A stretch of 59,012 nucleotides of DNA from Candidatus Moraniibacteriota bacterium (GTDB lineage Bacteria > Patescibacteriota > Minisyncoccia > Moranbacterales > UBA1568). The notes beneath the pieces were generated by a model, which was not told the origin of the DNA, did not search any database, and saw nothing but the letters and a program-made list of their open reading frames with translations. Every line of letters starts with the position of its first letter. Position 1 is the first letter of the stretch. The stretch is from contig CAITOC010000012.1 of assembly GCA_903893925.1 (NCBI GenBank), positions 1 to 59,012 on the forward strand, in the 5' to 3' direction. The translations under genes and the position numbers were made by a program. Positions 28,595 to 39,141 of this stretch are shown here, piece after piece.

Positions 28595-31500
28595 CTACGA
28601 TGCTTTCTGTTTCTGTGCCTCAAGCACCGCCTCTATCCCGATGCGCTCGATCTCCCCTTTCTTTTTCGATCCCATAAGCTGCTTTCTTTTCGGATTGAAC
28701 TGTTTATAGATATCGCTTCGTTGCGTTATCATCTCCTCCAACAGGATACCAAGGTATATTTTTGATTTTTCGGCCGTATCAAGCAGGATATCCTTCGTCA
28801 GTGTCCCCGCATCGAAGAGCGCCAACATCTCCTTGCCCTTCCGATCGACGAACAGTGCGCGCTCCAGTTTCGGCGTATCCCTTTCCAATGTCGCCACTTC
28901 GTTCACGGACACGGCCTTCCCGGAGAGCTTCGAGAGGATCTCTTTCAACAAAATCGTCAGTTTCGACGAATCGTTACCTCCTTTCATCCACATATGCCCG
29001 CGAATATTGAACCCCTGCGAGAATCCGCCGGGCACCGACGTCTCGTCCATCTTCTTCTTGGTATACAGGACGAAGCGGTCATCAAGGGGTGACCAGACCA
29101 GGAATCCGCCATATCCGTGTTCGAAGACTTCCAACTGATTGGAGTTGTTTTCATAGCTGATCCGATTGTAGAATTTCCCTTTCGCGGTATTTTTCATCGG
29201 ATCGATCAGTATCTCCCCGAAACGGTCAGCGCCCGTATCGAACGAAAATCCGGCCTTTTCCACTTTCTTGAAAGCGTCCTGTCCTGTCCGAATCTGTCTT
29301 TCCATGTGTTTCGACAGCTCGATCAACGGCTCATATTTGTCATTCTGCGGATTACGATACTCGTTTTTGTTCAGATATTCTTCCGAAAGGTCCGCTTCCG
29401 GATCGACGCCGTTTTTGAACAGATCGAGTACGTCCTCCGTCCTCATCCGGTAAGAGAGTCCGTACAGGTTCTTATGATAGTTCCGAAATACCCGCTTCCG
29501 CTCATCGTCCGACAGGTCCATATTGTCACATTTGGTCACGAACGCGACGAAACGATCCAGATACGGCCGCCGTTCTAGGAGTCCCGCTTTTACAAGGGCC
29601 TCGTACACGAACTTCGTTGCGGACGTATCGTGCCCGGACGTCGACCCATGATGGTCGAATACGAGTCGCTTCCCTCCCTCTTCGGCGGTCACGCCGTTGC
29701 GTAAGGCGGTATCCATCGTGACACCGCTCATCGCATATTCCCCTTGTGGCACAAGACCGACCTTGTCCATATCCACTTTCATTCCGGCCAGTTTCATGAG
29801 GTTCAGACACGCAAACGCGTCCATGTCGGTCTTCTCATGCACGGTGAACTCATTCCATAACTCCCGTGTCAGCGCGGCGAATCTCAGGTTCCCTTCTTCC
29901 TTGGTCGGTGCGTTCAGATCCTCATACGTATATGATGGCGACTGCTCAAGATTGTAAAGCGTGTGCGCCGCGATAGCGCCTACCGGATCGATTTCAGAAT
30001 AACGTTTCCGTTCTTTCGGCATGGGATAACGGACCGACTCCGGCTGAGGAACAGGAGCGACGTTTGCCGGTTCAGGCGTCTGAGGTGGTACGACCGGAGC
30101 CGGTTCCGGAAATATGGCAGGTTTGACGGCGTGAACCACGGGAGGAGCCGGGATAGTATTCCCTCCACGAAACATTGATGAAGATGTCGGGGCTGGATTT
30201 CTCGCATTCGTATTCGCTGAAGATATACCGCCTCTTCTCCCGTTTTTCATCCGCTCAAGCGGCGTCCGTCCCAAGAACGGAAGTATGGCCGGAGCCTCGA
30301 CATCGTATCCCGAAATGGTCACCTTGTCGGGAATCAGCGAGGCATCAGTCGTCGGAACCGACACGGCAGCCGAAGCAGGTATGGAAACGGGAGCTGCCGG
30401 CGATACGACGGACCGGACCTGCTCGATACCGGAACCGACTTTCGTCGCCAATACCGTTGCATGATCGACTCCATCCACCTGATCGCCCATGATCGCCACC
30501 TCGGCGAACTTCCCCGTGAACGTCGCGTGTCCGTCCACGGTGGAAAACGCGAGCTTCCCAATCTCGCTTTTCGGATCGATGATCGCGTTCCCGTCGGCGT
30601 CTATCGGAATCTCGACGACCTGACCCTGTGTATCCCCCGAGAGGGAAACGAGCACTCTCATCTTTCCCTCCTTCAGAAGCGCCTGCGGATCGAAGTGCCT
30701 GCCATCATGAAAAGAACCGCCTTTGGTCATGTGTCGGATATTGAACACGAAGTTTCCCTTCGCATCGACGCCGGTGCCATGCTCGCCACCCCACGACATC
30801 CGAAGCTCGTTCCCGTCCGGTTTCGGCGTATCATTGTCCGCCCATGCAACCCGGTCGATCTTCGAAAAAAGTCCCTCGTGCGTCTTGACATACTCCCTCG
30901 TGTCGACGACGGCCTCGTGCGAAAGCGCTTCCGGCTGATGAGACGGGGCAGGCGCATCCAAAGACAAGGCGGTTGCGACCTCACGAACAGGCACGGCCGT
31001 ATGAATCTCATCTTGAGGCAATGTTCCTGAAAAATACCGGCGCAGGTATCCGAGCGCCGTATACTGATGGTTCCCGGTAGCAGGTCCCGATCCTCCGAAC
31101 AAACCTTCTTTCCCGTCGAAGACCGTACCGATTTCCTGAGACGCCAGGCCGACACCGAGACCGACACCGAGGCCGCCGGCAACCGCCCAGGCAACTTTGC
31201 TCCGTTTCATCTTTTCGAACGCTTCGTCCTTGACGGTCTTCTCGCCCACGAAATCCTTTCGGATCTTCGCTTCCCTGGCATGTCGCAAATATTCGTCCAG
31301 CTGGCGATCGTCGTTATAGAACGTAGCCCAATCCGCATGACTGTTCCGCCTCAGATATACGCGGGCCTCCGCGGCCGCGACATACAAGTCAGTTCGTTCC
31401 CGTTCGATATCTTTCGGGCTCGAATAATCGATGAGATCGATCCGCTCCCGCTCGGAAAACGCCGTTCGCGCCTTGATTTCGACAAGATGTTCAAGGAGTA

Positions 31501-32578
31501 CGGAGAGATTCCGTTCATTGGGTTGAGCCTGCAGACCCGCCAATGATTCCCTCAATTTTCCGGCGAGCTCGCCGGCGTTTTTCGTCTCGGAGCGGAACAG
31601 TTCCATTTCTTTCCGCCGTTTCGAATCGGGTTCGATCCGTTTTCCTTTGGCTCTTTCGCGCGCATGCTGAGCGCGTTCATCCTTGATTTTCTTGTTCTCC
31701 CGGACACCGGCGATCGCACCACCGATCCCGGCACTCAGGCCCATACCGAGCGGCCCGACCAGCTTCGCCCCACGATGCGCGACGCTCACCGTGCCCTTCG
31801 CGATGACACCGTATGCGATAGACACGGCTGTCGCTACGGTCGCCTCATTGACGAAACTCCCTACGGACGACCTTTGGATCTTTTCCGTAATCCGATCGAC
31901 CGCATTGTACCGAGCCTCCGTTTCGACTCCCGTACGGGCATTTCCGATCACGATGTCGAAATCATCGTCGATCGCGTCCAGCCCCTTCCCGTGCGTGACG
32001 CTTTCCTTTACGTTCCTGGCTATCTCCAGCAGATTATCGGCATACACGGCCTGCGACGGGACCCCGGTATCGATCGAATTGACCAGCTTTTTTTTCTCCG
32101 ACAGGAACTGCTCCTCCGATAGCTCATCCGACGCGAACCGGGTGATAAGCCCGACAATCTTGGCCCGCAACACGGTATCGTCCGGAGTACCCTCTTTCAG
32201 AGACCGTCTCTCTTCCCCTTTGCGAAGCAGTGTCTCGTCCTCATACTCCGTCCCGAAACGTTCGACGATGGCTCTCATCGCATTCTCATGATCCGATCGA
32301 TCACCCGATTCCCCCGCATACAGGTTCCCGGAATCCGTTATTTCCCGTTTCGCCTTGGAGATTTCTTTCTGCCGGTAATATTCGTGGGCAAGATTCTGTT
32401 TCCAAATCCTGTCGAAGATTCCGCGTACGCTTTTCACCTCCCCCTTCGACGCCAGGAGTTTTTCTTCCGCGACATCACGCGCCTGCCGTTCGATATCGAC
32501 GCGGGCGATGACGATCTTCCGTTTTTCCTTGTCCGGTGGCATCGCGGACGGGATGTTTTGATAGTGATCGATGGTCAT
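28595..32578 (-). CDS. Large modular protein: helical N-terminus with glycine zippers, Pro-rich linker, C-terminal DHH-like phosphoesterase
   Basis: GLSAGIGGAIAG and GGLGVGLGVGL; VHEKTDMDAF, VTMDT, VFDHH..TSATK. Confidence 0.75.
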   Translation of the reverse strand: MTIDHYQNIPSAMPPDKEKRKIVIARVDIERQARDVAEEKLLASKGEVKSVRGIFDRIWKQNLAHEYYRQKEISKAKREITDSGNLYAGESGDRSDHENAMRAIVERFGTEYEDETLLRKGEERRSLKEGTPDDTVLRAKIVGLITRFASDELSEEQFLSEKKKLVNSIDTGVPSQAVYADNLLEIARNVKESVTHGKGLDAIDDDFDIVIGNARTGVETEARYNAVDRITEKIQRSSVGSFVNEATVATAVSIAYGVIAKGTVSVAHRGAKLVGPLGMGLSAGIGGAIAGVRENKKIKDERAQHARERAKGKRIEPDSKRRKEMELFRSETKNAGELAGKLRESLAGLQAQPNERNLSVLLEHLVEIKARTAFSERERIDLIDYSSPKDIERERTDLYVAAAEARVYLRRNSHADWATFYNDDRQLDEYLRHAREAKIRKDFVGEKTVKDEAFEKMKRSKVAWAVAGGLGVGLGVGLASQEIGTVFDGKEGLFGGSGPATGNHQYTALGYLRRYFSGTLPQDEIHTAVPVREVATALSLDAPAPSHQPEALSHEAVVDTREYVKTHEGLFSKIDRVAWADNDTPKPDGNELRMSWGGEHGTGVDAKGNFVFNIRHMTKGGSFHDGRHFDPQALLKEGKMRVLVSLSGDTQGQVVEIPIDADGNAIIDPKSEIGKLAFSTVDGHATFTGKFAEVAIMGDQVDGVDHATVLATKVGSGIEQVRSVVSPAAPVSIPASAAVSVPTTDASLIPDKVTISGYDVEAPAILPFLGRTPLERMKNGRRGGISSANTNARNPAPTSSSMFRGGNTIPAPPVVHAVKPAIFPEPAPVVPPQTPEPANVAPVPQPESVRYPMPKERKRYSEIDPVGAIAAHTLYNLEQSPSYTYEDLNAPTKEEGNLRFAALTRELWNEFTVHEKTDMDAFACLNLMKLAGMKVDMDKVGLVPQGEYAMSGVTMDTALRNGVTAEEGGKRLVFDHHGSTSGHDTSATKFVYEALVKAGLLERRPYLDRFVAFVTKCDNMDLSDDERKRVFRNYHKNLYGLSYRMRTEDVLDLFKNGVDPEADLSEEYLNKNEYRNPQNDKYEPLIELSKHMERQIRTGQDAFKKVEKAGFSFDTGADRFGEILIDPMKNTAKGKFYNRISYENNSNQLEVFEHGYGGFLVWSPLDDRFVLYTKKKMDETSVPGGFSQGFNIRGHMWMKGGNDSSKLTILLKEILSKLSGKAVSVNEVATLERDTPKLERALFVDRKGKEMLALFDAGTLTKDILLDTAEKSKIYLGILLEEMITQRSDIYKQFNPKRKQLMGSKKKGEIERIGIEAVLEAQKQKAS

Positions 32579-32582
32579 CCGG

Positions 32583-32891
32583 TTATGAGGCATTCAGATA
32601 CGTATCCCGAAAACGCACGAGCGCATCGGCGATCAGCTCGTCGAGATTCACGATGTTCTCCCGGCAATATGCCTGTATATGTTCGGCATCCGCACTGTCG
32701 AGCAAGAAACTGAATTCCTCCAGCTTTTCCGGCGGGAGATTTTCCAGGATGATCGCATTGATCCGCTCTTCCACCCGTTCTGTCAGGTCAAATCCGATCT
32801 GGCGCAACACGTCCGTGTCGACATCGCCAAAACCTTTCTCCTCGATGAGACGATTGACGAATTCCGATATCGGATGAAGTCTTTTTTCCAT
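32583..32891 (-). CDS. Small acidic helical protein, DUF5663-like
   Basis: L.ERVEERINAIILENLP.EKLEEF..LLD..FRDTYL pattern; 4 nt upstream of the large gene. Confidence 0.7.
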   Translation of the reverse strand: MEKRLHPISEFVNRLIEEKGFGDVDTDVLRQIGFDLTERVEERINAIILENLPPEKLEEFSFLLDSADAEHIQAYCRENIVNLDELIADALVRFRDTYLNAS

Positions 32892-33123
32892 ATGATTCTG
32901 TTATTGAAAGTATATCACGAAAAAATAAGACAGGCTGTTTGTGCCGAGATAAAACGAAAAATAATTCCTTCGCCAAAGACCCTTCGTAAAGCGGTATCAA
33001 GAGGAAAACAGTCTTCTCTCTTGAGAACAGGCACTCAAAATTGTCGGCGGACCGGTATAATAGGTTCGAAAGCTTCCCAATCGAGCACGTACCGCAACAC
33101 TGCCGGAAGAGTTGTACACATCG

Positions 33124-34125
33124 TCACTTTTGCGGATGTCTCAGATAGGTCTCGATATTCGCCAAATGATCCTCATAAGTCACGGCACAGTGTATCTGCC
33201 GGTTGGCGTCGTGCAGATAGTAGAGGCAGTCGGTTTCCGCGGGATGGAGTGTGGCATCTATCGCGGCAAGGCCGGGACTGTCGATCGGGGTCGGTGGCAG
33301 ACCCTTGTACTCATAGGTATTATACGGCGAGTCGATGATTTTTATATCGTCGGACGTGATCGGCGCCCACCAGCCCGCATCGGCCTTGCCACGGGCATAC
33401 TGGACGGTCGCGTCGATCTCAAGCTTCATCCCCCGGTTCAACCGGTTCCACAAAATACCGGCGATGAGTGGCATATCGCCATTGCCAGCGGCCTCGCGCT
33501 GTATGAGCGAAGCCAGCTTGAGTCCGGTCGTCCACTGGATATTTTGTGCGGCAAAACCACCGACGTATGGTGCGAACTGCTCGTCGAATCGCCGTGTCAT
33601 CCGATTCGCCATGTCCAATCCGCTCTCATCGATCGGGATAAGATAGGTATCCGGGAAATACGTCCCCTCGAGATACTCCGACCGCATCTTGGTATAGACC
33701 GTATCCCATTTTTTCAGGTCATCGCCGCTCCAGTTAAATGTCTTCGCCAAAAGCTCCCCGATCTGCTCCTTGCGCCACCCTTCCGGGATCGTCACCCATT
33801 TCAGATCCGGATTGCCGGTGATAAGTTTTTCGGCGACCTGCCACACGTCCATGTCTTTCGAAAGGTGGTATCCGCCCGGAGCGATTGCAGACAGTTTTCC
33901 CTTGGCGGAAAGGATGGATGCGAATGCGAACCCGCTTCGAACAAATCCCTGCGACTGCAACTTGTCTGCGATTACCGACCCGTCCTGATTCCGGTTTATG
34001 ATGAACACGTCGCTCGTCGGCTCTGCCTGCGGCGCGGCAAACAATGACCCGTATGCCAACCACGCCCCGGCGAGCAGCATTCCGACCACCACGATACCGA
34101 GAACAAATTTCATGATGCTTTTCAT
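33124..34125 (-). CDS. mltG: Endolytic transglycosylase MltG
   Basis: VTIPEG, LEGTYFPDTY, ASLIQREA, LEIDATVQY, SPYNTY..GLPPTPI. Confidence 0.92.
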   Translation of the reverse strand: MKSIMKFVLGIVVVGMLLAGAWLAYGSLFAAPQAEPTSDVFIINRNQDGSVIADKLQSQGFVRSGFAFASILSAKGKLSAIAPGGYHLSKDMDVWQVAEKLITGNPDLKWVTIPEGWRKEQIGELLAKTFNWSGDDLKKWDTVYTKMRSEYLEGTYFPDTYLIPIDESGLDMANRMTRRFDEQFAPYVGGFAAQNIQWTTGLKLASLIQREAAGNGDMPLIAGILWNRLNRGMKLEIDATVQYARGKADAGWWAPITSDDIKIIDSPYNTYEYKGLPPTPIDSPGLAAIDATLHPAETDCLYYLHDANRQIHCAVTYEDHLANIETYLRHPQK

Positions 34126-34257
34126 ATCCCAAGTATCGCACAAACCCGTCATAAACACGAGAAAACGCCTTTGGATTCTCTGAACGTTTACGATATCCCT
34201 CAACCATACAAAAATGCGACCTTTGCGGGGTCGCTTATACTCTTTCAAAATCTCATC

Positions 34258-34572
34258 TCAGTCATCATTCGGGTCCGCTATGGCCAATATCGCCGTGAGA
34301 GAATCGCATTCATACCTGAAAGGGACAAATTGGAACCTCCTTCCGGGATACATCTCCCGAAGCTCACGAATACAATCCGAAAATGCCTCGGCAGCAGCCC
34401 ATTTCCCTTGGGTTATCCCGTCTGGAAGTCTCAGTATTACCGTTAACGGAACTTTTGAGACGGGACGGACATTATGCTCCATATCGTGAATATCAAGCGT
34501 CCTGCCCGTCTCAAATTTCTTTCCGCAAATCTCACATGTAAATTTTGGCACGATTTCCTCCTTGTTTTTCAT
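34258..34572 (-). CDS. Small protein with classical C2H2 zinc finger
   Basis: FTCEICGKKFETGRTLDIHDMEH. Confidence 0.6.
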   Translation of the reverse strand: MKNKEEIVPKFTCEICGKKFETGRTLDIHDMEHNVRPVSKVPLTVILRLPDGITQGKWAAAEAFSDCIRELREMYPGRRFQFVPFRYECDSLTAILAIADPNDD

Positions 34573-34748
34573 TGCATAAAAGAACCACATACCGACCTGA
34601 TACGGTAGCGCATCAGCACTATTTCGTCAATCCAAAAACGAGAAAAACGCCCCTCGGCGTTTTCTCATTCCTCATCCCTTACTTTTCACTTTACACTCCG
34701 TTATGCTTGTGATTTTCAACTTTATGACTTTCGACTTGTGACTCTTGT

Positions 34749-36167
34749 CTACGCTTCGCGGACCATGAGGAAGTTGGTCTCGCCACCCTTGCCGAGCGGG
34801 GCGCCACCACAGACCACGAATCGGTCGCCCTTCTTGGCAAATTTCTCTTTCTTGAGGATGGTCGTCGCTTCGGACACCGCCTCGGCGATTTCCTTGAAGG
34901 AGTCGACGTGATAGCCGTAGCAACCATACGAGAGGCAGGCCCGACGGACCGTCCGCTCATTCGGAGTCAGGACGACGATCCGCTGGTCCGGACGATAGCG
35001 GGAGATGGCCCGCATCGTGAATCCGGACGCCGACAAGGCCACTATCGCGGCGGCATCGACGGAATAGGCGACCGTTTCGACCGATTCGGACACCGATTCC
35101 GCGACCGAGTCGAGACCGAGATCATCACCATCGATGATCGGACGCGTATCCGGTTCGGCTTCAATCTCCATGGCGATCTTTGACATCATCGAGACCGCCT
35201 CGACCGGGAACTTACCGAGAGTGGTCTCTTCGGAAAGCATGACCGCGTCGGTCCCATCGAGAATCGCATTGGCCACGTCGTTCACCTCGGCACGCGTCGG
35301 CACCGGGGCGCTGATCATGGATTCGAGCATCTGTGTCGCCACGATGACCGGCTTGCCGAGCTCGCGCGACATGTGCACGATCTGCTTTTGCAAAAGCGGT
35401 ACCCGCTCCATCGGCACTTCTACCGCGAGGTCGCCGCGCGCCACCATGACCGCATCAGTCGCACGGAGGATCTCTTCGAGATTGTCGATCGCCTGTGTCG
35501 TCTCGATTTTCACGATGATCTGTGCCGGGAGACCCTTCTTCTCAAGAATACGGCGAAGCTCATGCACGTCGGCTGCGCGACGCACAAACGAGAGCGCCAC
35601 GAAGTCGACCTGGTTCGATACCCCGAATTCGATATCTTTCTTATCTTTCGCGGTCAGCGAACTGATGGAAAGGTCGGTCCCCGGCAGGTTCACGCCACGA
35701 CGCCCCTTCGTCTCACCGCCGACGATGATCTTCGTCTTGATCTCATTGCCCTTGATCGAGACCACCTGAAGCTTCTTCTTGCCGTCATCGACCATGATGA
35801 ACGCTCCGGGCTTGATCTCCTGCGGAAGCTTCGGATAATTCACGGACGCACGATGCTCGTCGCCCACACACTTCTCGGTCGTCAGGACGAACTCGTCCCC
35901 TTCCTTGAGGGTCACGCGTTCCTGATAGAAATCACCGATGCGGATTTTGGGGCCCGACAGGTCCTGCAAGAGCGCTATCGGGGTCCCGAGTTTCTCGGAC
36001 ACGATGCGGATATTGTCCACTTTCTCCTGATGCTCGGCGAAGTCGCCGTGCGAGAAATTGAGACGCGCGACATTGAGTCCCGCCTTCACGAGCTTCGTGA
36101 GAACCGCTTCACTCGTCGTGACCGGGCCGATGGTCGCCACGATCTTCGTCTTCTTCAACTTATGCAT
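34749..36167 (-). CDS. pyk: Pyruvate kinase
   Basis: KTKIVATIGP, RLNFSHG, KIE, MVARGDL, ATQMLESM, PTRAE, DAVMLSEET. Confidence 0.97.
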   Translation of the reverse strand: MHKLKKTKIVATIGPVTTSEAVLTKLVKAGLNVARLNFSHGDFAEHQEKVDNIRIVSEKLGTPIALLQDLSGPKIRIGDFYQERVTLKEGDEFVLTTEKCVGDEHRASVNYPKLPQEIKPGAFIMVDDGKKKLQVVSIKGNEIKTKIIVGGETKGRRGVNLPGTDLSISSLTAKDKKDIEFGVSNQVDFVALSFVRRAADVHELRRILEKKGLPAQIIVKIETTQAIDNLEEILRATDAVMVARGDLAVEVPMERVPLLQKQIVHMSRELGKPVIVATQMLESMISAPVPTRAEVNDVANAILDGTDAVMLSEETTLGKFPVEAVSMMSKIAMEIEAEPDTRPIIDGDDLGLDSVAESVSESVETVAYSVDAAAIVALSASGFTMRAISRYRPDQRIVVLTPNERTVRRACLSYGCYGYHVDSFKEIAEAVSEATTILKKEKFAKKGDRFVVCGGAPLGKGGETNFLMVREA

Positions 36168-36345
36168 ACCGTTTCGTTACTCAATTAATGACTGGGAACA
36201 CATTCGAACATCGTACGCTACTTCCGGGAAAAAATCAAGCCACATCGTGCACGAACGACATGGCAATAGCACAAAAAACCTCCAAACTTGCCCAAAACCC
36301 GCTTTCAGCATTAAATGAAGAGGCAGGGACACCAAACACTCCACT

Positions 36346-37851
36346 ATGAAACACCCCGAACTCATGACACTCGACGAAGTCCTCAAGGCTTCCCGACGTC
36401 CATTCACCGCCGAAGAACGCCGGTTCATTCAGGAAGCCTATACGTTTGCCCTGGAAGCGCACGAGGGGCAGGACCGCAAATCCGGCGAGCCCTATGTCAC
36501 ACATTCCATCGCCGTCACCAAGATCCTCGCCGAAATCGGTATGGACAAGGAAACCCTTGCAGCCGGGCTCTTGCACGATGTCCCGGAGGATACCGACCAC
36601 ACGCTTGCGGAAGTGGAAAAGCGGTTCGGAGCGGAAGTCGCCGCACTTGTCGACGGTATCACCAAGCTCGGTCGGATCAAACTGCGCGGTTCCCGCGAGG
36701 AATACTTCCTCGAGAACCTGCGCAAGATGTTCCTCGCGATGGCGACCGATATACGGGTCGTCATCATCAAGCTCGCCGACCGCTTGCACAATATGCGAAC
36801 GCTCGACGCTCTTCCGCCGGAGAAACGGGAACGCATCGCGCGCGAGACGATGGATATCTACGCGCAGATCGCGAACCGGCTCGGCATAAGCGAGATCAAG
36901 GGCGAGCTCGAGGACCTTTCCTTCAAATATCTCGACCCGGAACATTATGAGGAAATGCGAAAGATCGAGGAGACGTATGTCCGCGAAGGCAAGACATACC
37001 TCGAACGGGTCATCGGGATTCTTCGCAAGGAGCTCGGGAACGACGGCATCAAGATCGTCGACATCGACGGCCGGACCAAGCACCTCTACCGTCTCTTCCG
37101 CAAACTGCAGAAGCACGACATGGAGATCGCCCGCGTGTACGACCTCGTCGCCGTGCGTATCATCGTCCCCGAGATCGTCGATTGCTACGAGACACTCGGT
37201 TCGATCCACAAGCGGTACCGCCCGCTCGTCGGTCGCATCAAGGACTACATCTCGCTCCCGAAACCCAACGGCTACCAGTCGCTCCATACGACCGTCTTCG
37301 GCCCCGAAGGACGCATCTTCGAACTGCAGATCCGCACGCCCAAGATGCACGACGAGGCGGAATACGGCATCGCCGCACACTGGATCTATACCGAGAAGGA
37401 ACGCGGCGGTTGGCGCTCGTTCGTCTTCGGCAAGAAACCGTCCCCCACCGCCAAACCCAAAGAGGTCGCCTGGGTCGCCCAGCTCAAGGAATGGCAGAAG
37501 GAGGTCGGCCGCGACGACGCGGAATTCCTCTCCGGTCTCAAGATCGAGTTCTTCAAGAACCACATCTTCGCCTTCACCCCGCTTGGCGACATCATCGAGC
37601 TCCCCGAAGAGGCGACGCCGATCGATTTCGCCTATGCGATCCACTCCGAGATCGGTGAGCACGCCGTCGGCGCGAAGATCGACGGCAAGATGTCCTCGCT
37701 CGACTCCGTCATCAGAAACGGTCAGGTCGTCGAGATCCTCGTCGCCAAGGACCGCAAGAAGCCCAACGCCGACTGGCTCCGCTTCGTAAAGACCTCGACC
37801 GCCAAATCCAAGATCCGCCGAGCGTTCAGGGAAGACGAGGAGAACAAATAA
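36346..37851 (+). CDS. rel: Bifunctional (p)ppGpp synthetase/hydrolase, HD-SYNTH-TGS only
   Basis: LLHDVPED, KLADRLHN, RIKD, NGYQSLHT, ELQIRT, TGS (TPIDFAY). Confidence 0.93.
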   Translation: MKHPELMTLDEVLKASRRPFTAEERRFIQEAYTFALEAHEGQDRKSGEPYVTHSIAVTKILAEIGMDKETLAAGLLHDVPEDTDHTLAEVEKRFGAEVAALVDGITKLGRIKLRGSREEYFLENLRKMFLAMATDIRVVIIKLADRLHNMRTLDALPPEKRERIARETMDIYAQIANRLGISEIKGELEDLSFKYLDPEHYEEMRKIEETYVREGKTYLERVIGILRKELGNDGIKIVDIDGRTKHLYRLFRKLQKHDMEIARVYDLVAVRIIVPEIVDCYETLGSIHKRYRPLVGRIKDYISLPKPNGYQSLHTTVFGPEGRIFELQIRTPKMHDEAEYGIAAHWIYTEKERGGWRSFVFGKKPSPTAKPKEVAWVAQLKEWQKEVGRDDAEFLSGLKIEFFKNHIFAFTPLGDIIELPEEATPIDFAYAIHSEIGEHAVGAKIDGKMSSLDSVIRNGQVVEILVAKDRKKPNADWLRFVKTSTAKSKIRRAFREDEENK

Positions 37852-37945
37852 TCGAAAGCATGCCCCGTGGCCGTGTCCACACGGCTCTACGGGATCGAAA
37901 GTCCTACCCGCACAATACGTAAAGCATTTCGATTAGTGAAATAAG

Positions 37946-37978
37946 AAAAAGGATTCCATTTTGATGGAATCCTTTTTT
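37946..37978. terminator. Bidirectional terminator
   Basis: AAAAAGGATTCCAT-TTTG-ATGGAATCCTTTTT between convergent genes. Confidence 0.75.
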
Positions 37979-38073
37979 ACTTTCAAGTTTGGTCAGGGTT
38001 TTGCTTCGGTTTGTGAAACAAGAAAGACAAACCCCCTCTCTTTTAAATCCCCGATTTAGAAGTTTTATGTAAG

Positions 38074-38427
38074 CTACCGACGGTCAAAACGCCTCTGCAC
38101 CAAGCGATACGAACCTATCGCTATTTTTGGTAGGAACGTTATCGGGTTCCACCTGAGAATACTCTTTCTCTGTGAAAACTCTTCCGCTCCTGCTGCCGGC
38201 AATAGAGCTATCATGGCACTCACGAACAACGAAAACAATGACCAGCCTAACAAGTAATAGTAATCCCTCTCGCCATTCAGATACGGCATGACGACAACGA
38301 AGGACCCGACCCAAACAAAGGCATAGACGGTCTCCTCGATCCACAGTAAACCGAATTTCAGAAGACCGATCAGATTTTCGGTGATAATCCGAAAAACACG
38401 CGGCGTAGATACTGAAGTGACAAGCAT
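38074..38427 (-). CDS. Small membrane hypothetical protein
   Basis: RBS AGGAGG; two TMs; AT-rich upstream region. Confidence 0.55.
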   Translation of the reverse strand: MLVTSVSTPRVFRIITENLIGLLKFGLLWIEETVYAFVWVGSFVVVMPYLNGERDYYYLLGWSLFSLFVSAMIALLPAAGAEEFSQRKSILRWNPITFLPKIAIGSYRLVQRRFDRR

Positions 38428-38574
38428 CTTATCTTCCTCCTTATATTATAAACGTTAATGAGCATTGTGCTCTGTATTGTACATATTTCTATCATTTTGT
38501 CAATATCAAGCATAAGAAAACACCTTTTTAAAGGCATTTTATGAAAGAAAATATATCTGCTCTCTTTCACTTCA

Positions 38575-39051
38575 TCATTTAGAAGTTGCTCCGGTTTCAA
38601 TACCGTCTCCGATCTTCACCCCCGACAATGCGCCGGCATTCGTTTCGAGCACCTCGGTCGCGGTGGTATCGGGAGTCATGATCACGGTCGAATCGGCGGG
38701 GATATTTTTCTCGATGAAGACGATTTTGCCATCGCGGATCCAGGCGAGGTCGAGCGGGAATCGCATCCCCTTCATCCAAAACGGATAAATGCCCGGGACA
38801 TCGAAACGGAACAGCATCGCACAGTCCGTACAAAGAGAATCGCGATACCCGAGTCCAAGTTCACGCGACTTTTCCGTATCGGCGATCTCCGTCGAGAAAG
38901 TACGTCCGCCGACTATGGCGGCGATACTTCCCGGCGCGATCGGAATTGTCGCCGGCGACTTTTCGTATCGAAAAACGAACCACGCGGCCGCGATCACGAC
39001 CGGTAACATGACGAGGGCGTACAAGCGAAGTGCTTTGGGGTCAAGAACCAT
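38575..39051 (-). CDS. DUF192 family protein
   Basis: EIADT..RELGL, MLFRF, FWMKGMRFPLD, VLETNAG. Confidence 0.9.
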   Translation of the reverse strand: MVLDPKALRLYALVMLPVVIAAAWFVFRYEKSPATIPIAPGSIAAIVGGRTFSTEIADTEKSRELGLGYRDSLCTDCAMLFRFDVPGIYPFWMKGMRFPLDLAWIRDGKIVFIEKNIPADSTVIMTPDTTATEVLETNAGALSGVKIGDGIETGATSK

Positions 39052-39141
39052 GACTATTCTCAGTAAATAATTTATCTTTCATCGATACATTCATATACAG
39101 GAATCAAAGCACAAACACCAAACAAAACATGAAAGTTCAAA

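Noticed and set aside
37858..37895. GTAG-type REP-like hairpin after rel
   Set aside because: Single copy in the window; cannot be told apart from an ordinary 3' stem-loop
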